Source of the DNA: a virus
DNA length: 64,000 bases
Reading direction: 5' to 3' (one strand)
Virus record (IMG/VR): IMGVR_UViG_3300017971_000203
Shown: positions 1 to 9,041 of the stretch, one piece after another
Numbering within the stretch: position 1 is the first letter of the stretch
Layout of the letters: every line of letters starts with the position of its first letter
Made by a program: the position numbers and the translations under genes
The notes under the pieces: generated by a model
The model's input: the letters and a program-made list of their open reading frames with translations, nothing else
Databases searched by the model: none
What the model was told of the DNA's origin: nothing

Positions 1-439
1 CGTTGCGGCCCTCTCGAAGGGCTCCCAGGGTGCGATCGATGTGCAGACGGTAGGAACGCTGCTTCCCGGGCCTCGGGATGTACATGTCCTTCACGGGGAA
101 CCAATCGACGCCGATCCCGTAGTGCGGGGCGATGTCGAAGAGGTTCACGCAGTTGCAACGCTCGTATTCGAAGTCCTCCATCAGGGACACGACGCGCTGC
201 ACCTTGTGGACGTCTCGGAGGACCCGGAGGTCTTCGTCGAGGTCCCGGTGCCAGAGCCCGGTCCAGCCGTCGTACTGCTTACCGGGCACGATACCGGCGC
301 CGATACGTCCGGGTGTGTCGAGCGCTTCCCTCGATACCCAGTCGGCACGGAAGGGGTGCGACTTCGAGGTCTTCGGGGTGCGCTTCGCGGCTCGGGCGCC
401 GCGTCGAAATGCGTCAACGTAATCGTCGGGGTTGAACAT
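1..439 (-). CDS. CDKN3-like dual-specificity/protein-tyrosine phosphatase family protein (partial, runs off window)
   Basis: Translated by hand from ATG at 439: ...GIVPGKQYDGWTGLWHRDLDEDLRVLRDVHKVQRVVSLMEDFEYERC...WFPVKDMYIP...; PGK..W.RDL..DL / VVSLME pattern of CDKN3-like phosphatases. The catalytic HCxxGxxR would lie beyond the window edge. Confidence 0.7.
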   Translation of the reverse strand, partial: MFNPDDYVDAFRRGARAAKRTPKTSKSHPFRADWVSREALDTPGRIGAGIVPGKQYDGWTGLWHRDLDEDLRVLRDVHKVQRVVSLMEDFEYERCNCVNLFDIAPHYGIGVDWFPVKDMYIPRPGKQRSYRLHIDRTLGALREGRN

Positions 440-454
440 GGTGAGCCTCCGTTC

Positions 455-682
455 TCAGGAGGCGTTGAGCTCCGCCGCGAGGGCTTCGTACCTGGCGGCG
501 TCGAGCTCGGACGCCTCTGCTTCGATGTTGTTGGGGGTGCCTGAGCCACTGCGGATAGCTGTCGCAGGCTCCGTTCCGACACGCACCCTGTCCAGGTGCC
601 GGGCGAAGAAGAGCTTGGTTGCGCCCTGGTCGATGAAGGGCTGGGCAAGTCGTTTGAGAACTTCCGCGGTGACTGGGATCAT
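455..682 (-). CDS. hypothetical protein
   Basis: ORF with GGAG RBS, packed in minus-strand operon. Confidence 0.6.
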   Translation of the reverse strand: MIPVTAEVLKRLAQPFIDQGATKLFFARHLDRVRVGTEPATAIRSGSGTPNNIEAEASELDAARYEALAAELNAS

Positions 683-691
683 GGTCGTCTC

Positions 692-964
692 CTACGCCTG
701 TCCGACCGTCTTCAGGACCAGAACAGGCTTGTCAGTGCCTGCATCCATCACGTGCGCTTCACGTGCTTCGGCCTGCAGAGCCAAGATGAAATCGTCGAAG
801 AGCACTTGGGGGTACACGCCCGAAGCGATAGCAGCGCGGGCCGCCAGCCTCATGTAGGTCCGGCACAGCCGGTACGTGTGTTCGGGGTCCACCGGGACTT
901 CTTTCTCTACCAGAGCGGTTGAGACGGCTTCGTCGATGATGGGCTGCATTTCACGGCGTTTCAT
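692..964 (-). CDS. hypothetical protein
   Basis: ORF preceded by CCAACGGAGGGG leader. Confidence 0.7.
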   Translation of the reverse strand: MKRREMQPIIDEAVSTALVEKEVPVDPEHTYRLCRTYMRLAARAAIASGVYPQVLFDDFILALQAEAREAHVMDAGTDKPVLVLKTVGQA

Positions 965-1033
965 GGTTCTCCCCTCCGTTGGTTCCTATCAGGTCAGGTG
1001 CGGGTTGTCAAGCGAGGCCGAAGCCCCGGAGCG

Positions 1034-1924
1034 TCAGGCAGCTTCAGCGTCCTGTTCGAGGTGGCTGCAGGGGATCCACTTCCCGTTCCAGGGAAGGAGT
1101 CCCTCTTGGCACTCCTCTTTGGTGGTGCAGTGTGCGCAGTGTGCGCAGAGCGCTTCGTCTACAGCGAGCTCTTCCAGGAAGGTAGCGGTGATGCCGGCGG
1201 CGATGTTCGAAGCACCGGTGCTGGTCGTGGTCTTGGGGGTGTCTTCGGTCTCGGCGTTGAAGGTGTCCACGATGCCCGTGGCAACGCTCGAGGCCGCTTC
1301 TTCGTGGGAGGGCTCGGGAGTAGGCGCGGTGTCCGTCGCAAGGTCCAGAGCGTCGTTCTCGGGACCTTCGGCGTTCCACTCAGCTTCCATTTCCGCCATG
1401 GCTTCGTGTAGGGCGCCCGGGTCCTTGGTTTCTTCGGCTTCCGCCTGGGCCTTCGCCTCGGCCTTGAGCTGCTTGTCGAGAGCCTTCCAGGAAGCGCCGC
1501 CACAGTGGGGGCCCATGCCGAGGTGCACGCTCACAGGGTGCGTGAGGTCTTTGTTGCAGTGGCTGCAGGTACCTTCCAGGAGGTACTCGAGCCCACTCTT
1601 CGTGCCCTTGTCGGTGTTGTTCAGGAGGGCCGCCATCTTCAAGAGGCTTCCGTCCTTCTTCGCCTGGGAAGTCCAGACGCGAACCTTGCCGTCTTTCACC
1701 CAGCCGAAGCGGCGCCAGTGCGTCCAGTTTTCACGGTCGGGGCCGATGAGAAGGGAAACGACGCGCTCGCCCTTCAAGTAGTCAGGAGCGCTGGAATTCT
1801 TCTTCACCACCGCGATCTTGAAGGTCCGGTGCTGACCTGACTTGGTGTTGTTGATGGTGATGTAGCCGTTGTGAGTGGCGAGAAGAGCGGTCGTGAAAGC
1901 GATATGGTTGATGGCGGCGTTCAT
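1034..1924 (-). CDS. DUF6011-like Zn-binding phage protein
   Basis: CSHCNKDLTHPVSVHLGMGPHC motif; strong leader hairpin and promoter upstream. Confidence 0.7.
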   Translation of the reverse strand: MNAAINHIAFTTALLATHNGYITINNTKSGQHRTFKIAVVKKNSSAPDYLKGERVVSLLIGPDRENWTHWRRFGWVKDGKVRVWTSQAKKDGSLLKMAALLNNTDKGTKSGLEYLLEGTCSHCNKDLTHPVSVHLGMGPHCGGASWKALDKQLKAEAKAQAEAEETKDPGALHEAMAEMEAEWNAEGPENDALDLATDTAPTPEPSHEEAASSVATGIVDTFNAETEDTPKTTTSTGASNIAAGITATFLEELAVDEALCAHCAHCTTKEECQEGLLPWNGKWIPCSHLEQDAEAA

Positions 1925-1968
1925 CGTGTTCCCCTCCGTTGGAACGTTCGTCGTGTCAGCTGTCCCTC

Positions 1969-1996
1969 AGTATAGCCCCCTCGACGTGAGTGTCAA
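1969..1996 (-). promoter_or_regulatory. class A sigma70-like promoter TTGACA-N16-TATACT
   Basis: Near-identical copies at 2662-2689, 5940-5967 and 21437-21464; three copies share an upstream GATCTTTTTTCATT tract. Confidence 0.8.
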
Positions 1997-2141
1997 CCGG
2001 TAAATGAAAAAAGATCGAAGAAAGATCGACTCGACCCGGGGAGCCCATCCAGGTGGGACGTTTTGGAAAAGTGCCGAGGGGCTTCGGGTGGGCATATCAG
2101 GCGGGCCGCACAACGGCGGGAAGCTCCCCGGGTCGGTCTGA

Positions 2142-2603
2142 CTACAGAGAGTAGACAGGCTGATACTGTGCCTCTTCTACTTCTTCTGTGTCCAGGGTGA
2201 ACTTCTTCGTTCCGGTCTTCACCGTCACGTTAGAGAAGTCGTCCTCGAGAGACCACTCCTGCTCATCGACGCTCAGATCGGCGTCGACCTCGACCTCGAC
2301 CTCGACCTCGACCTGGCCGGACACCTCATCGACACCGACGGCCTCTTCCCAGGCGTCGCGGTCGATGATCGCAATCCACTTGTAGCGGCCTTTGATGAGT
2401 GTGGCGTCGCCGGAAACTCCGATCATAGAGAGGTATGTTTCCAGGATCTGGCGGTCGAAGCGGTGGTACAGCTTCACCACGATGAAGTCCTCGGGGGACT
2501 TGCGGTGGGGGCGGTAGTGGATGCCCTTGATCCCTTCGATGAAAGAGATCACGGCGTTCTGGGTGTTGATGTCGGCGATGGCGTTGGTGGTGATGTCGTT
2601 CAT
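2142..2603 (-). CDS. hypothetical protein (VE-repeat acidic tail)
   Basis: ORF with leader hairpin and promoter; (GACCTC)n repeat near 2286-2312. Confidence 0.7.
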   Translation of the reverse strand: MNDITTNAIADINTQNAVISFIEGIKGIHYRPHRKSPEDFIVVKLYHRFDRQILETYLSMIGVSGDATLIKGRYKWIAIIDRDAWEEAVGVDEVSGQVEVEVEVEVDADLSVDEQEWSLEDDFSNVTVKTGTKKFTLDTEEVEEAQYQPVYSL

Positions 2604-2661
2604 AGTTCTCCCCTCCGTTGGAGCGGGGCCTGAAGCGGCCTCCGTCGTGAAGACAACCCGG

Positions 2662-2689
2662 AGTATACTCCCCCTGACGCGAGTGTCAA
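2662..2689 (-). promoter_or_regulatory. class A promoter
   Basis: TTGACA-ctcgcgtcagggggag-TATACT. Confidence 0.8.
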
Positions 2690-2703
2690 GAGGGGAATAC
2701 GAA

Positions 2704-3738
2704 TTATTTCACTTTGTACTTCCGGGCCCCTGGATCGTCTCCTTCTCCTCGAAGGAAGGGCTGTAACCAGGTACGCCTTCTGGGGCGCTCAGAGAGCGGT
2801 ACAGAGCGAGGACCGTAGGGCACGTCTCTCCAGTGGCCCCGAACCCAGTGGCGCTTCACGGCGCTCCTGGGGCCTTTTTCGGGGCTGTTCGAAGGCTCTC
2901 GGTCGATGGACGCTCCTACCACAGTTACGATGGACGGTACGGGTAGATGATCGAGCCGTTCGAGCAGGGAGAGCCGCACTCGTTCGTTCTTCGCCTTCTG
3001 GAGCTTCTTTTCGATGCGGGCTCGTTGCCGGGTCCGGGTCCGGTCGACGCGCTTCGAGGTCTCCGCTCCCGCGCTCGAGAGGTACTGAGCCAGGTTGAAG
3101 ACCACACGGACCACACCGGCGGAAGTCTGAAGTGTCTCCCGCTCGACTTCGGGATCGTCCATCCCGGTCACTTCCACCAGGTGCTTTTTCGTGTCGGTCA
3201 GCAGCTGCTGTAGGTAGTGCTCGAGGTCTTCGAAGTCCGCCACAGCGTTCTTCATGTCGATACGCCACCAGCGGATCGCATCGTCACCATGGTCCGTGCC
3301 GTGAGGGCGGCCCCAACAGGCGAAAAGGATACGACCATCTTCTTCAACCGACACGTAGACACCGTCGATCCGGTGCCAGCCGCTGCTCCCTCCCCAAAGC
3401 TTCCAGGGGCAATCCCGGAGCGCCAAGTAGAAGGCGTCGTAGGGCAGACGGAGGTCCTCGAAGTCGATGCCCCGAAGGGACGTCGCCGAGAGCATCTCCT
3501 GGAGGCGAGGACCAATCTCGAAGGCCTGACGCCCATGGTGGATGTAGCGCATCACACTCACGGCCAAGGCCTGGGTGGCGAAGCTGGAAGGGAGCAGACC
3601 ACCAACGGTTGGGAACAGCTTTACTACGGTGTCCAGGTACGTTTCTGGGGAGAGCTCCTGCGCAGCCGACTCGAGGAGTAGGCCAATCGAGGGCAGGTTC
3701 TTGTGGACGAACTCGAGGTGTAGCGTGGCTTTCTTCAT
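2704..3738 (-). CDS. conserved phage hypothetical protein (RHWVRGHWR motif)
   Basis: Start MKKATLH after CCAACGGAGGGG; C-terminal KRHWVRGHWR...WLQPFLRG motif common in large-phage proteins. Confidence 0.7.
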   Translation of the reverse strand: MKKATLHLEFVHKNLPSIGLLLESAAQELSPETYLDTVVKLFPTVGGLLPSSFATQALAVSVMRYIHHGRQAFEIGPRLQEMLSATSLRGIDFEDLRLPYDAFYLALRDCPWKLWGGSSGWHRIDGVYVSVEEDGRILFACWGRPHGTDHGDDAIRWWRIDMKNAVADFEDLEHYLQQLLTDTKKHLVEVTGMDDPEVERETLQTSAGVVRVVFNLAQYLSSAGAETSKRVDRTRTRQRARIEKKLQKAKNERVRLSLLERLDHLPVPSIVTVVGASIDREPSNSPEKGPRSAVKRHWVRGHWRDVPYGPRSVPLSERPRRRTWLQPFLRGEGDDPGARKYKVK

Positions 3739-3766
3739 GTCCCCCTCCGTTGGGTGTGTCGACGTT

Positions 3767-4873
3767 CTACAGGGTAGACTCCGCCGGTTCCTCGCTGCTG
3801 ACAGCTCGAGGGGCACAAACGTGTTCGGCCAGATAGAAAAGGTGCTGCGGGTGGTACTTCGTGGCGAAGACCTCTCCCCGAACGGGCTTGCAGGTCTCCA
3901 CAGCTTCGGCCCAGCGCTCGGGGATGTCGTTCAAACCGAAGTAGGCGCCGAGCAAAGCTCCAGCGATAGCGCCGTTCGTGTCGGAATCTCCTCCGCGATT
4001 CACCGTGTCGAGGAGCCCGTCTTCAAAGCTCTCCGCGTGCAGCAGCTGGTAGAAGGCCAACCGGAAGCTCGTTCGCACGAAGCCGTTCGGACGCTCGATC
4101 TTCGGATCGTCGTCCCGGGCAGCCGTCAAGTCGTCCTGGAGGTCATAGAAGCAGCGCACGATCTCGGGGTCCTTGGGATAGATCGTCGGGTCGACGTTCT
4201 CTCGGCGGTACTTGGCGAATTCGCCGAGCTCCACCACCGCCCTTCGCAGACCATTCCAGGCGGCCCTCCACATCTCTTGGCGAGTGCCGCCCTTGACGCC
4301 GCACGCGATGGCGGAGTTGAAAGCCGCACACGCCATCGTGCAGTACGGATGTGCGTGTGTGATAGCACTCTCCTGGAGAGAGGCGAGTCGGACCAGCGCT
4401 TCGTCTTCTTCATCGGCGTAGAAGACGCCGAGGGGGCTGGTACGCATCAGGGAGCCGTTTCCGGCCGCGCTGCGCCCGCTTTTGTGCCACCCGAGGTAAC
4501 CGCCCATGCGCGGGTCCTTGGTCTCCTGGTAGCCGCGGATGCCCCCGATGGTGGTCCCTCCGATGTCGAAGGTGTGTTCGCGCCACTCGACGTAGCGATC
4601 CGCGATGTCTTTGGCGTCGAAGCCGTCGTGCTCGACCAGGGAGGCCGCGATACAACACGCCAGGTGTGTATCGTCTGTGACTTGACCGGCTGCCAAACGG
4701 AAGGGCCCCTCCCCGATGATCTCCGTGTGCGGTCCTTTCATCCTTTCGGGCCACTTCGGAGCGTTCGAGACGTGGGAGAACTCAAGTGTTGTACCGAGGG
4801 CGTCGCCCGTGGCCTGGCCCATCATGGCGCCCATGGCCTTGTCAGCGATGATGTTGCTTTTCTGGTAGTCCAT
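3767..4873 (-). CDS. ADP-ribosylglycohydrolase (DraG/ARH family)
   Basis: GAMMGQATGDALG, GQVTDDT, GNGSLMR, SAITH, GGDSDTNGAIAGALLGA motifs. Confidence 0.95.
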   Translation of the reverse strand: MDYQKSNIIADKAMGAMMGQATGDALGTTLEFSHVSNAPKWPERMKGPHTEIIGEGPFRLAAGQVTDDTHLACCIAASLVEHDGFDAKDIADRYVEWREHTFDIGGTTIGGIRGYQETKDPRMGGYLGWHKSGRSAAGNGSLMRTSPLGVFYADEEDEALVRLASLQESAITHAHPYCTMACAAFNSAIACGVKGGTRQEMWRAAWNGLRRAVVELGEFAKYRRENVDPTIYPKDPEIVRCFYDLQDDLTAARDDDPKIERPNGFVRTSFRLAFYQLLHAESFEDGLLDTVNRGGDSDTNGAIAGALLGAYFGLNDIPERWAEAVETCKPVRGEVFATKYHPQHLFYLAEHVCAPRAVSSEEPAESTL

Positions 4874-4884
4874 GGTTTGTCTTC

Positions 4885-5172
4885 TCAGTCCCACCCGCGG
4901 GCGGCGTATTCGGCGTCGATGAGCTGATTCAGGGCGAGCTCCAGGAGCTCTTCTTCCAGGTCTTCTCGGTTTGTGTCGAGCGCGCAGAGGGCTTCGTCCA
5001 GGGAGACCTTGACTGTCTCCCCTTCGTGGTAGAGCTCCACCTTGTCGAGCTGCACTTCGGGCGGGTCGCCCGGGTAACAGTTCTCCGGGGGTCCCGAGAG
5101 CTTGGGCGGACAACCGGGGTCGAAGTCGACGGTGAAGAGAAAGTCTTCGATCTCGAGTTCAAGGCTGGTCAT
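4885..5172 (-). CDS. hypothetical protein
   Basis: MTSLELEIEDF...LSGPPENCYPGDPPE. Confidence 0.65.
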   Translation of the reverse strand: MTSLELEIEDFLFTVDFDPGCPPKLSGPPENCYPGDPPEVQLDKVELYHEGETVKVSLDEALCALDTNREDLEEELLELALNQLIDAEYAARGWD

Positions 5173-5183
5173 CGGAAAGCTCC

Positions 5184-5465
5184 TCAGCAGTAGCACGTGT
5201 CGGCGGGGTTGAGGGGTTGCTCGGTGAACTCGAGCCCGAAGGGCGCACCCGAGAACTCGGTGGCCTTCCCCTCGGGCCCCATGATGTCGAACCACTCGGG
5301 CGGGTCCTGGCGGAGCTCGCGAACGATCTTGATGAGACGGGCGTTTAGGAGCACAGGCTGCGTAACCGCATGGTGTGTGATCACGAAGTTGTGAAGGATC
5401 AGGTAGACTACGCGGACCGAAGCTCCGCTGAGAGGCTCGATGTGGATGGTGATTTCGCGGTCCAT
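5184..5465 (-). CDS. hypothetical protein
   Basis: Start after CCAATGGAGGGG hairpin leader. Confidence 0.65.
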   Translation of the reverse strand: MDREITIHIEPLSGASVRVVYLILHNFVITHHAVTQPVLLNARLIKIVRELRQDPPEWFDIMGPEGKATEFSGAPFGLEFTEQPLNPADTCYC

Positions 5466-5519
5466 GTTGTTCCCCTCCATTGGAACAGGCTGTGAATAAG
5501 AACGTGAGCTCAATCTTGA

Positions 5520-5717
5520 CTACTCATCTTCGATGATGCGAAGGTTCTCGACCGGCTCACTCCATCGAAGCGCATTTCCGTTCCACAGCGTGCCTTCGAC
5601 GTCGACGACTGTGCCACCAGCGATGCGGCGAGGGCGTCGCAGGATTGTCACGATGCCGCAATGGATCGCGAGGAACTTCGAGCCGGGCTGGATCTGAGTG
5701 CATTTTGGGCGTGCCAT
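5520..5717 (-). CDS. hypothetical protein
   Basis: Start after CCAACGGAGGGG hairpin leader. Confidence 0.65.
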   Translation of the reverse strand: MARPKCTQIQPGSKFLAIHCGIVTILRRPRRIAGGTVVDVEGTLWNGNALRWSEPVENLRIIEDE

Positions 5718-5748
5718 GTTCCCCTCCGTTGGAACAGGGTGTTGTGAT

Positions 5749-5931
5749 TGCTCAGGGCGGGACTCGAACCCGACATCCAGAGGACGCCTCCAGAGAGAGA
5801 GCCGCAACCTTCTCCCTCGACGGCACCGGCTTCAGCCTTCAGGACCGACGTTTGATTGGTCCTGGGGGAATCGAACCCCCCGCTCGATGGCGTCGACTCT
5901 TTCGGTCGGCGTCTGCCTGTGCCCCCCGAGC
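5749..5931 (-). ncRNA. putative double-headed tRNA-like RNA (two T-arms, two acceptor-like stems)
   Basis: Directly downstream of promoter 5940-5967; T-arms GGGGG-TTCGATT-CCCCC and CGGG-TTCGAGT-CCCG; stems GCTCGGGG/CCCTGAGC and AGGACC/GGTCCT. Confidence 0.55.
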
Positions 5932-5939
5932 TGTCTCCG

Positions 5940-5967
5940 AGTATAGTCCCGCTGACGCTAGTGTCAA
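5940..5967 (-). promoter_or_regulatory. class A promoter
   Basis: TTGACA-ctagcgtcagcgggac-TATACT. Confidence 0.8.
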
Positions 5968-6204
5968 GGGGAAATGAAAAAAGATCGGTCTTTCTTCAAA
6001 CACGGTCGGAGAGGCGCACTTCTTCCAGGGCTCGGCCTGCCAGAATGCCGGGGTTATTGACGGAGCCGGTGTAGAACTTCGCCAGCAGGCGTTCGCCTTC
6101 GGCCTGGAGCTCCACGAGTTCCCAGCACTGTTCCTCTTCGCACTTTCGGAGGTAGACGCGGTCACCGCGTACCCTGGAGGTCCGTTTGGGCCAGCGTGCG
6201 GCCA

Positions 6205-7065
6205 TCACAACCCCGAATCGGTGAGAGCCTCCACGTCTTCCGGGGGATCGTAACCGGCCAGGACGATGAGCTCGTTCACAGGGCCTCGTTTGTTCCCCTT
6301 CGAATTGATGCTCCTGCGCGCTTGTACGCGCACACGCGGAAAGCGTCGGTACAAGCCATGACAGAAAGGCGTGTCCGAGTTCGACACCATGACTTGCACC
6401 CCGTTCTCCACCAGTTCTTCCACAGCAGCAGCGAGGGCTCTTTGGTGGTCTTCCCCGAAGCCCTCCTTGGTGAAGGACGTGAAGCTCGAGGTGGGATTCA
6501 AGGGCACGTAGGGCGGGTCCAGGTACACGAAGTCTCCAGGGTTCGTCTTCATCAGAAGACCCATGTAGTGGTCCGAGACGATCTCCACATCCTGCAGGAC
6601 TACAGAAGCTTCCCGCAAGAGTTCTTCCCGAACGATCTTCGGGCTCTTGTACTTCCCGTAGGGCACATTGAAGCCGCCCTTCCTGTTCACGCGCCAGAGT
6701 CCATTGAAGCAGGTCCGGTTCAGGAAGAGCATCCGGGCAGCTCGGTGCACCGTGTTGTCCCGGTCGGCGTTGAACAGCTCCCGAATGTCGTAGTAGGTCT
6801 GTTTCGGGTCCATCCAGTAGAGGGCGTCCAGCTGCTTCAGGGCTTCAATCAGGTTGTCCGGGCGATCCCGGATCTCCCGGTAGACATTGACCAGTGCGTG
6901 GTTCAGGTCCCCAATCTTGGCGGGCTTCGGCTCGAGGTCGAAGAACAACGCGCCGCCCCCGACCATGGGCTCGACATAGGTCTTCCATGAGGGCGGCTTC
7001 AGTCGGAGGAGCTCCGGGAGCAGCTGGCGCTTGCCGCCGGGCCACTTCATCACGGGGGTTGCCAT
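6205..7065 (-). CDS. dam: DNA adenine methyltransferase (Dam / D12 class)
   Basis: KWPGGKRQL, YVEPMVGGGALFF, FLNRTCFNGLWRVN..GGFNVPYG, DFVYLDPPY. Confidence 0.95.
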   Translation of the reverse strand: MATPVMKWPGGKRQLLPELLRLKPPSWKTYVEPMVGGGALFFDLEPKPAKIGDLNHALVNVYREIRDRPDNLIEALKQLDALYWMDPKQTYYDIRELFNADRDNTVHRAARMLFLNRTCFNGLWRVNRKGGFNVPYGKYKSPKIVREELLREASVVLQDVEIVSDHYMGLLMKTNPGDFVYLDPPYVPLNPTSSFTSFTKEGFGEDHQRALAAAVEELVENGVQVMVSNSDTPFCHGLYRRFPRVRVQARRSINSKGNKRGPVNELIVLAGYDPPEDVEALTDSGL

Positions 7066-7583
7066 CAGACTCTCCTTGCTCGAGGTCGGGGGGCTTTCGG
7101 TCCGAGGTAGACTCTTCCGTCGTCCAGGACCACCAGATCCTTGTCAGAGGCCTTCTGCATCACTTCCCCGGCTTCTCCCGGGGCAAACGACTGGGAAAGC
7201 TCGATGGCTTTACTCGTCTTCAAGCCGTCGAGACCAGCCACGATCACAGTCAGGGCCATCACTCTGCGGTCGTCGAAGCAGTGCCCGCCCCACTCCATCC
7301 ACGGGATAGAGTCGAGCACTTTTCTCCAGCTGTGGCAGAGTGCATACGTGGCCGCAACGTACCAGCTCAAGTTCCCTGCCCCCATAGCGGCGTGTCGCAT
7401 GCGGAGTGCCTGGAGGTAGTGCCTCGATATGAAGAGTGCCTCCGGGGTGAAGCGTACCAAGACCCGCTTCATGAAGCTGCTTTCGACCTGGATGTCGCCG
7501 GCTTCCATGCCGAGCTGCAACTGCTCCAGGTCCCACATGAGATGCCCAAACCAGTCGAGCGTTTCGAGCTCGATCTCATCCAT
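7065..7583 (-). CDS. hypothetical protein
   Basis: MDEIELE..., overlapping stop/start with dam. Confidence 0.6.
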   Translation of the reverse strand: MDEIELETLDWFGHLMWDLEQLQLGMEAGDIQVESSFMKRVLVRFTPEALFISRHYLQALRMRHAAMGAGNLSWYVAATYALCHSWRKVLDSIPWMEWGGHCFDDRRVMALTVIVAGLDGLKTSKAIELSQSFAPGEAGEVMQKASDKDLVVLDDGRVYLGPKAPRPRARRV

Positions 7584-8378
7584 TGGAGTTCCCTTTGAAG
7601 AGGCCCGCGTGTGGAGCGCATTGGGTGCAGTGCCAGCCCACCGTGTACTTCCCGTACCGCATCGGCACCATGTCCCCATGGCAGAGGTTGCAGGTGGGAG
7701 CAACGAGCTCGATCTTGGCGGAGACCGGAGGTGCCTCGATGACCTGGGGTGCTTCGACCAAGATGTAGCCCTGGTTGCACTGCGGACAGCCAGGAACGGT
7801 CCGGTCTTGGTAGGACCCGTGTTTGTCGCAGAAGCCCATCACGAAGACCTCCAGCCCGTGGAGAAGTGACGAGGCATCTTGTTCCGCTCCCGACTCATGG
7901 CGGACTCGAGGTCCCGGAACAAAGCAATGACCTGGAGCTGTGTTTCCTGGTCAGCTTCGTCCATCAGCTGTTCCACCTTCGGGTAGCGCCGCCCTGTGAG
8001 TCTCTGCATGGTTCCGGCTATCTGAGCGCCTTCTCGTGATTTCATAACCACCTCCGTGTGAAAGGCGGGAGCAGGCTATCAGGTCGGGGCGAAATGGTCA
8101 AGAACGGAACCTTTCGTAGGCGCTGGGCTTACTTCCTTCGGATCGGTGCAGGAGGAAGCAGGTCTTCGAAAGAGGCGGTTCTTTGCCGTCTTCGTAGAGT
8201 TCCCAGGCGTCGTGATTGACGCTGCTTCGGATCACGTAGACTTTCCCGCAGAGGTTCCAGGCGGCCCTCAGAGCGGTGTCTTTGCAGCAGTGGGAAGAAC
8301 AGGCAATCCAGCTGCCGTAGTTGACAGACGTGGGCCGCTTCTCCTGGATGATGCAGTACCAGCGGTTGTGTCGTGGCA

Positions 8379-9041
8379 TCAGCTGTGCGATGCGTAGAGG
8401 GCCCTGGTAGCCTCGAACTCGTTCTTCCATTCCCATTCGTCCTGCACCCACTGGCGGAACTGGGAACCGTCGAGTTTGATCTCGGTCTCTTGGGCCATTT
8501 CGAGCATCTCGATCAGTTGTGTGTAGTCCCGCTCGTGGTTTACCGGGGGTCTCATACCGAAGGTCATCCAGTGCTGCCGAGGTCCGTCCATCTTCTCGGC
8601 GGCGATTTTCCGGGCCCGCTTGCGGAGCTCGATGACGCAGAGGTTCTGGAAGCCGGCCGCCGATTCTTCGTAGTCGGCCACGTGGGCGGCGCGGTTCGTG
8701 CGGAGCTTCGCGAGCAGTTCGCCGACGCTGACAGTGATGCTGAAGTGTCCGATGTGTCGCATGTCGTCTCCTGATGCTGTGATGGTGTAGGGAAGCATTC
8801 TCTCGATGTGAGGGAAGGTCACCTTGGTGAAGGTCATGAGGGGTTCGTCGTCGAACAGATCCAGAGCGTCTCCGGTCATAGGCTGCACGCTGCAGATCTG
8901 CTCGGAGAAGGTCTGCCGGTGCTCTTCTTCCGGGTGTTGAAATTCTTCGTAGCTCATGGGTTCGAAGTTGATGGCGCAGTCGTCGCAGTCGTCGAGTTCG
9001 CAGTCGTCGCAGGGGTCGTAGAGGTCTTCGGAATCGTGCAT
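8379..9041 (-). CDS. hypothetical protein (may be two genes; internal start at 8762)
   Basis: ORF track; RBS-preceded MRHIGHF at 8762. Confidence 0.55.
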   Translation of the reverse strand: MHDSEDLYDPCDDCELDDCDDCAINFEPMSYEEFQHPEEEHRQTFSEQICSVQPMTGDALDLFDDEPLMTFTKVTFPHIERMLPYTITASGDDMRHIGHFSITVSVGELLAKLRTNRAAHVADYEESAAGFQNLCVIELRKRARKIAAEKMDGPRQHWMTFGMRPPVNHERDYTQLIEMLEMAQETEIKLDGSQFRQWVQDEWEWKNEFEATRALYASHS

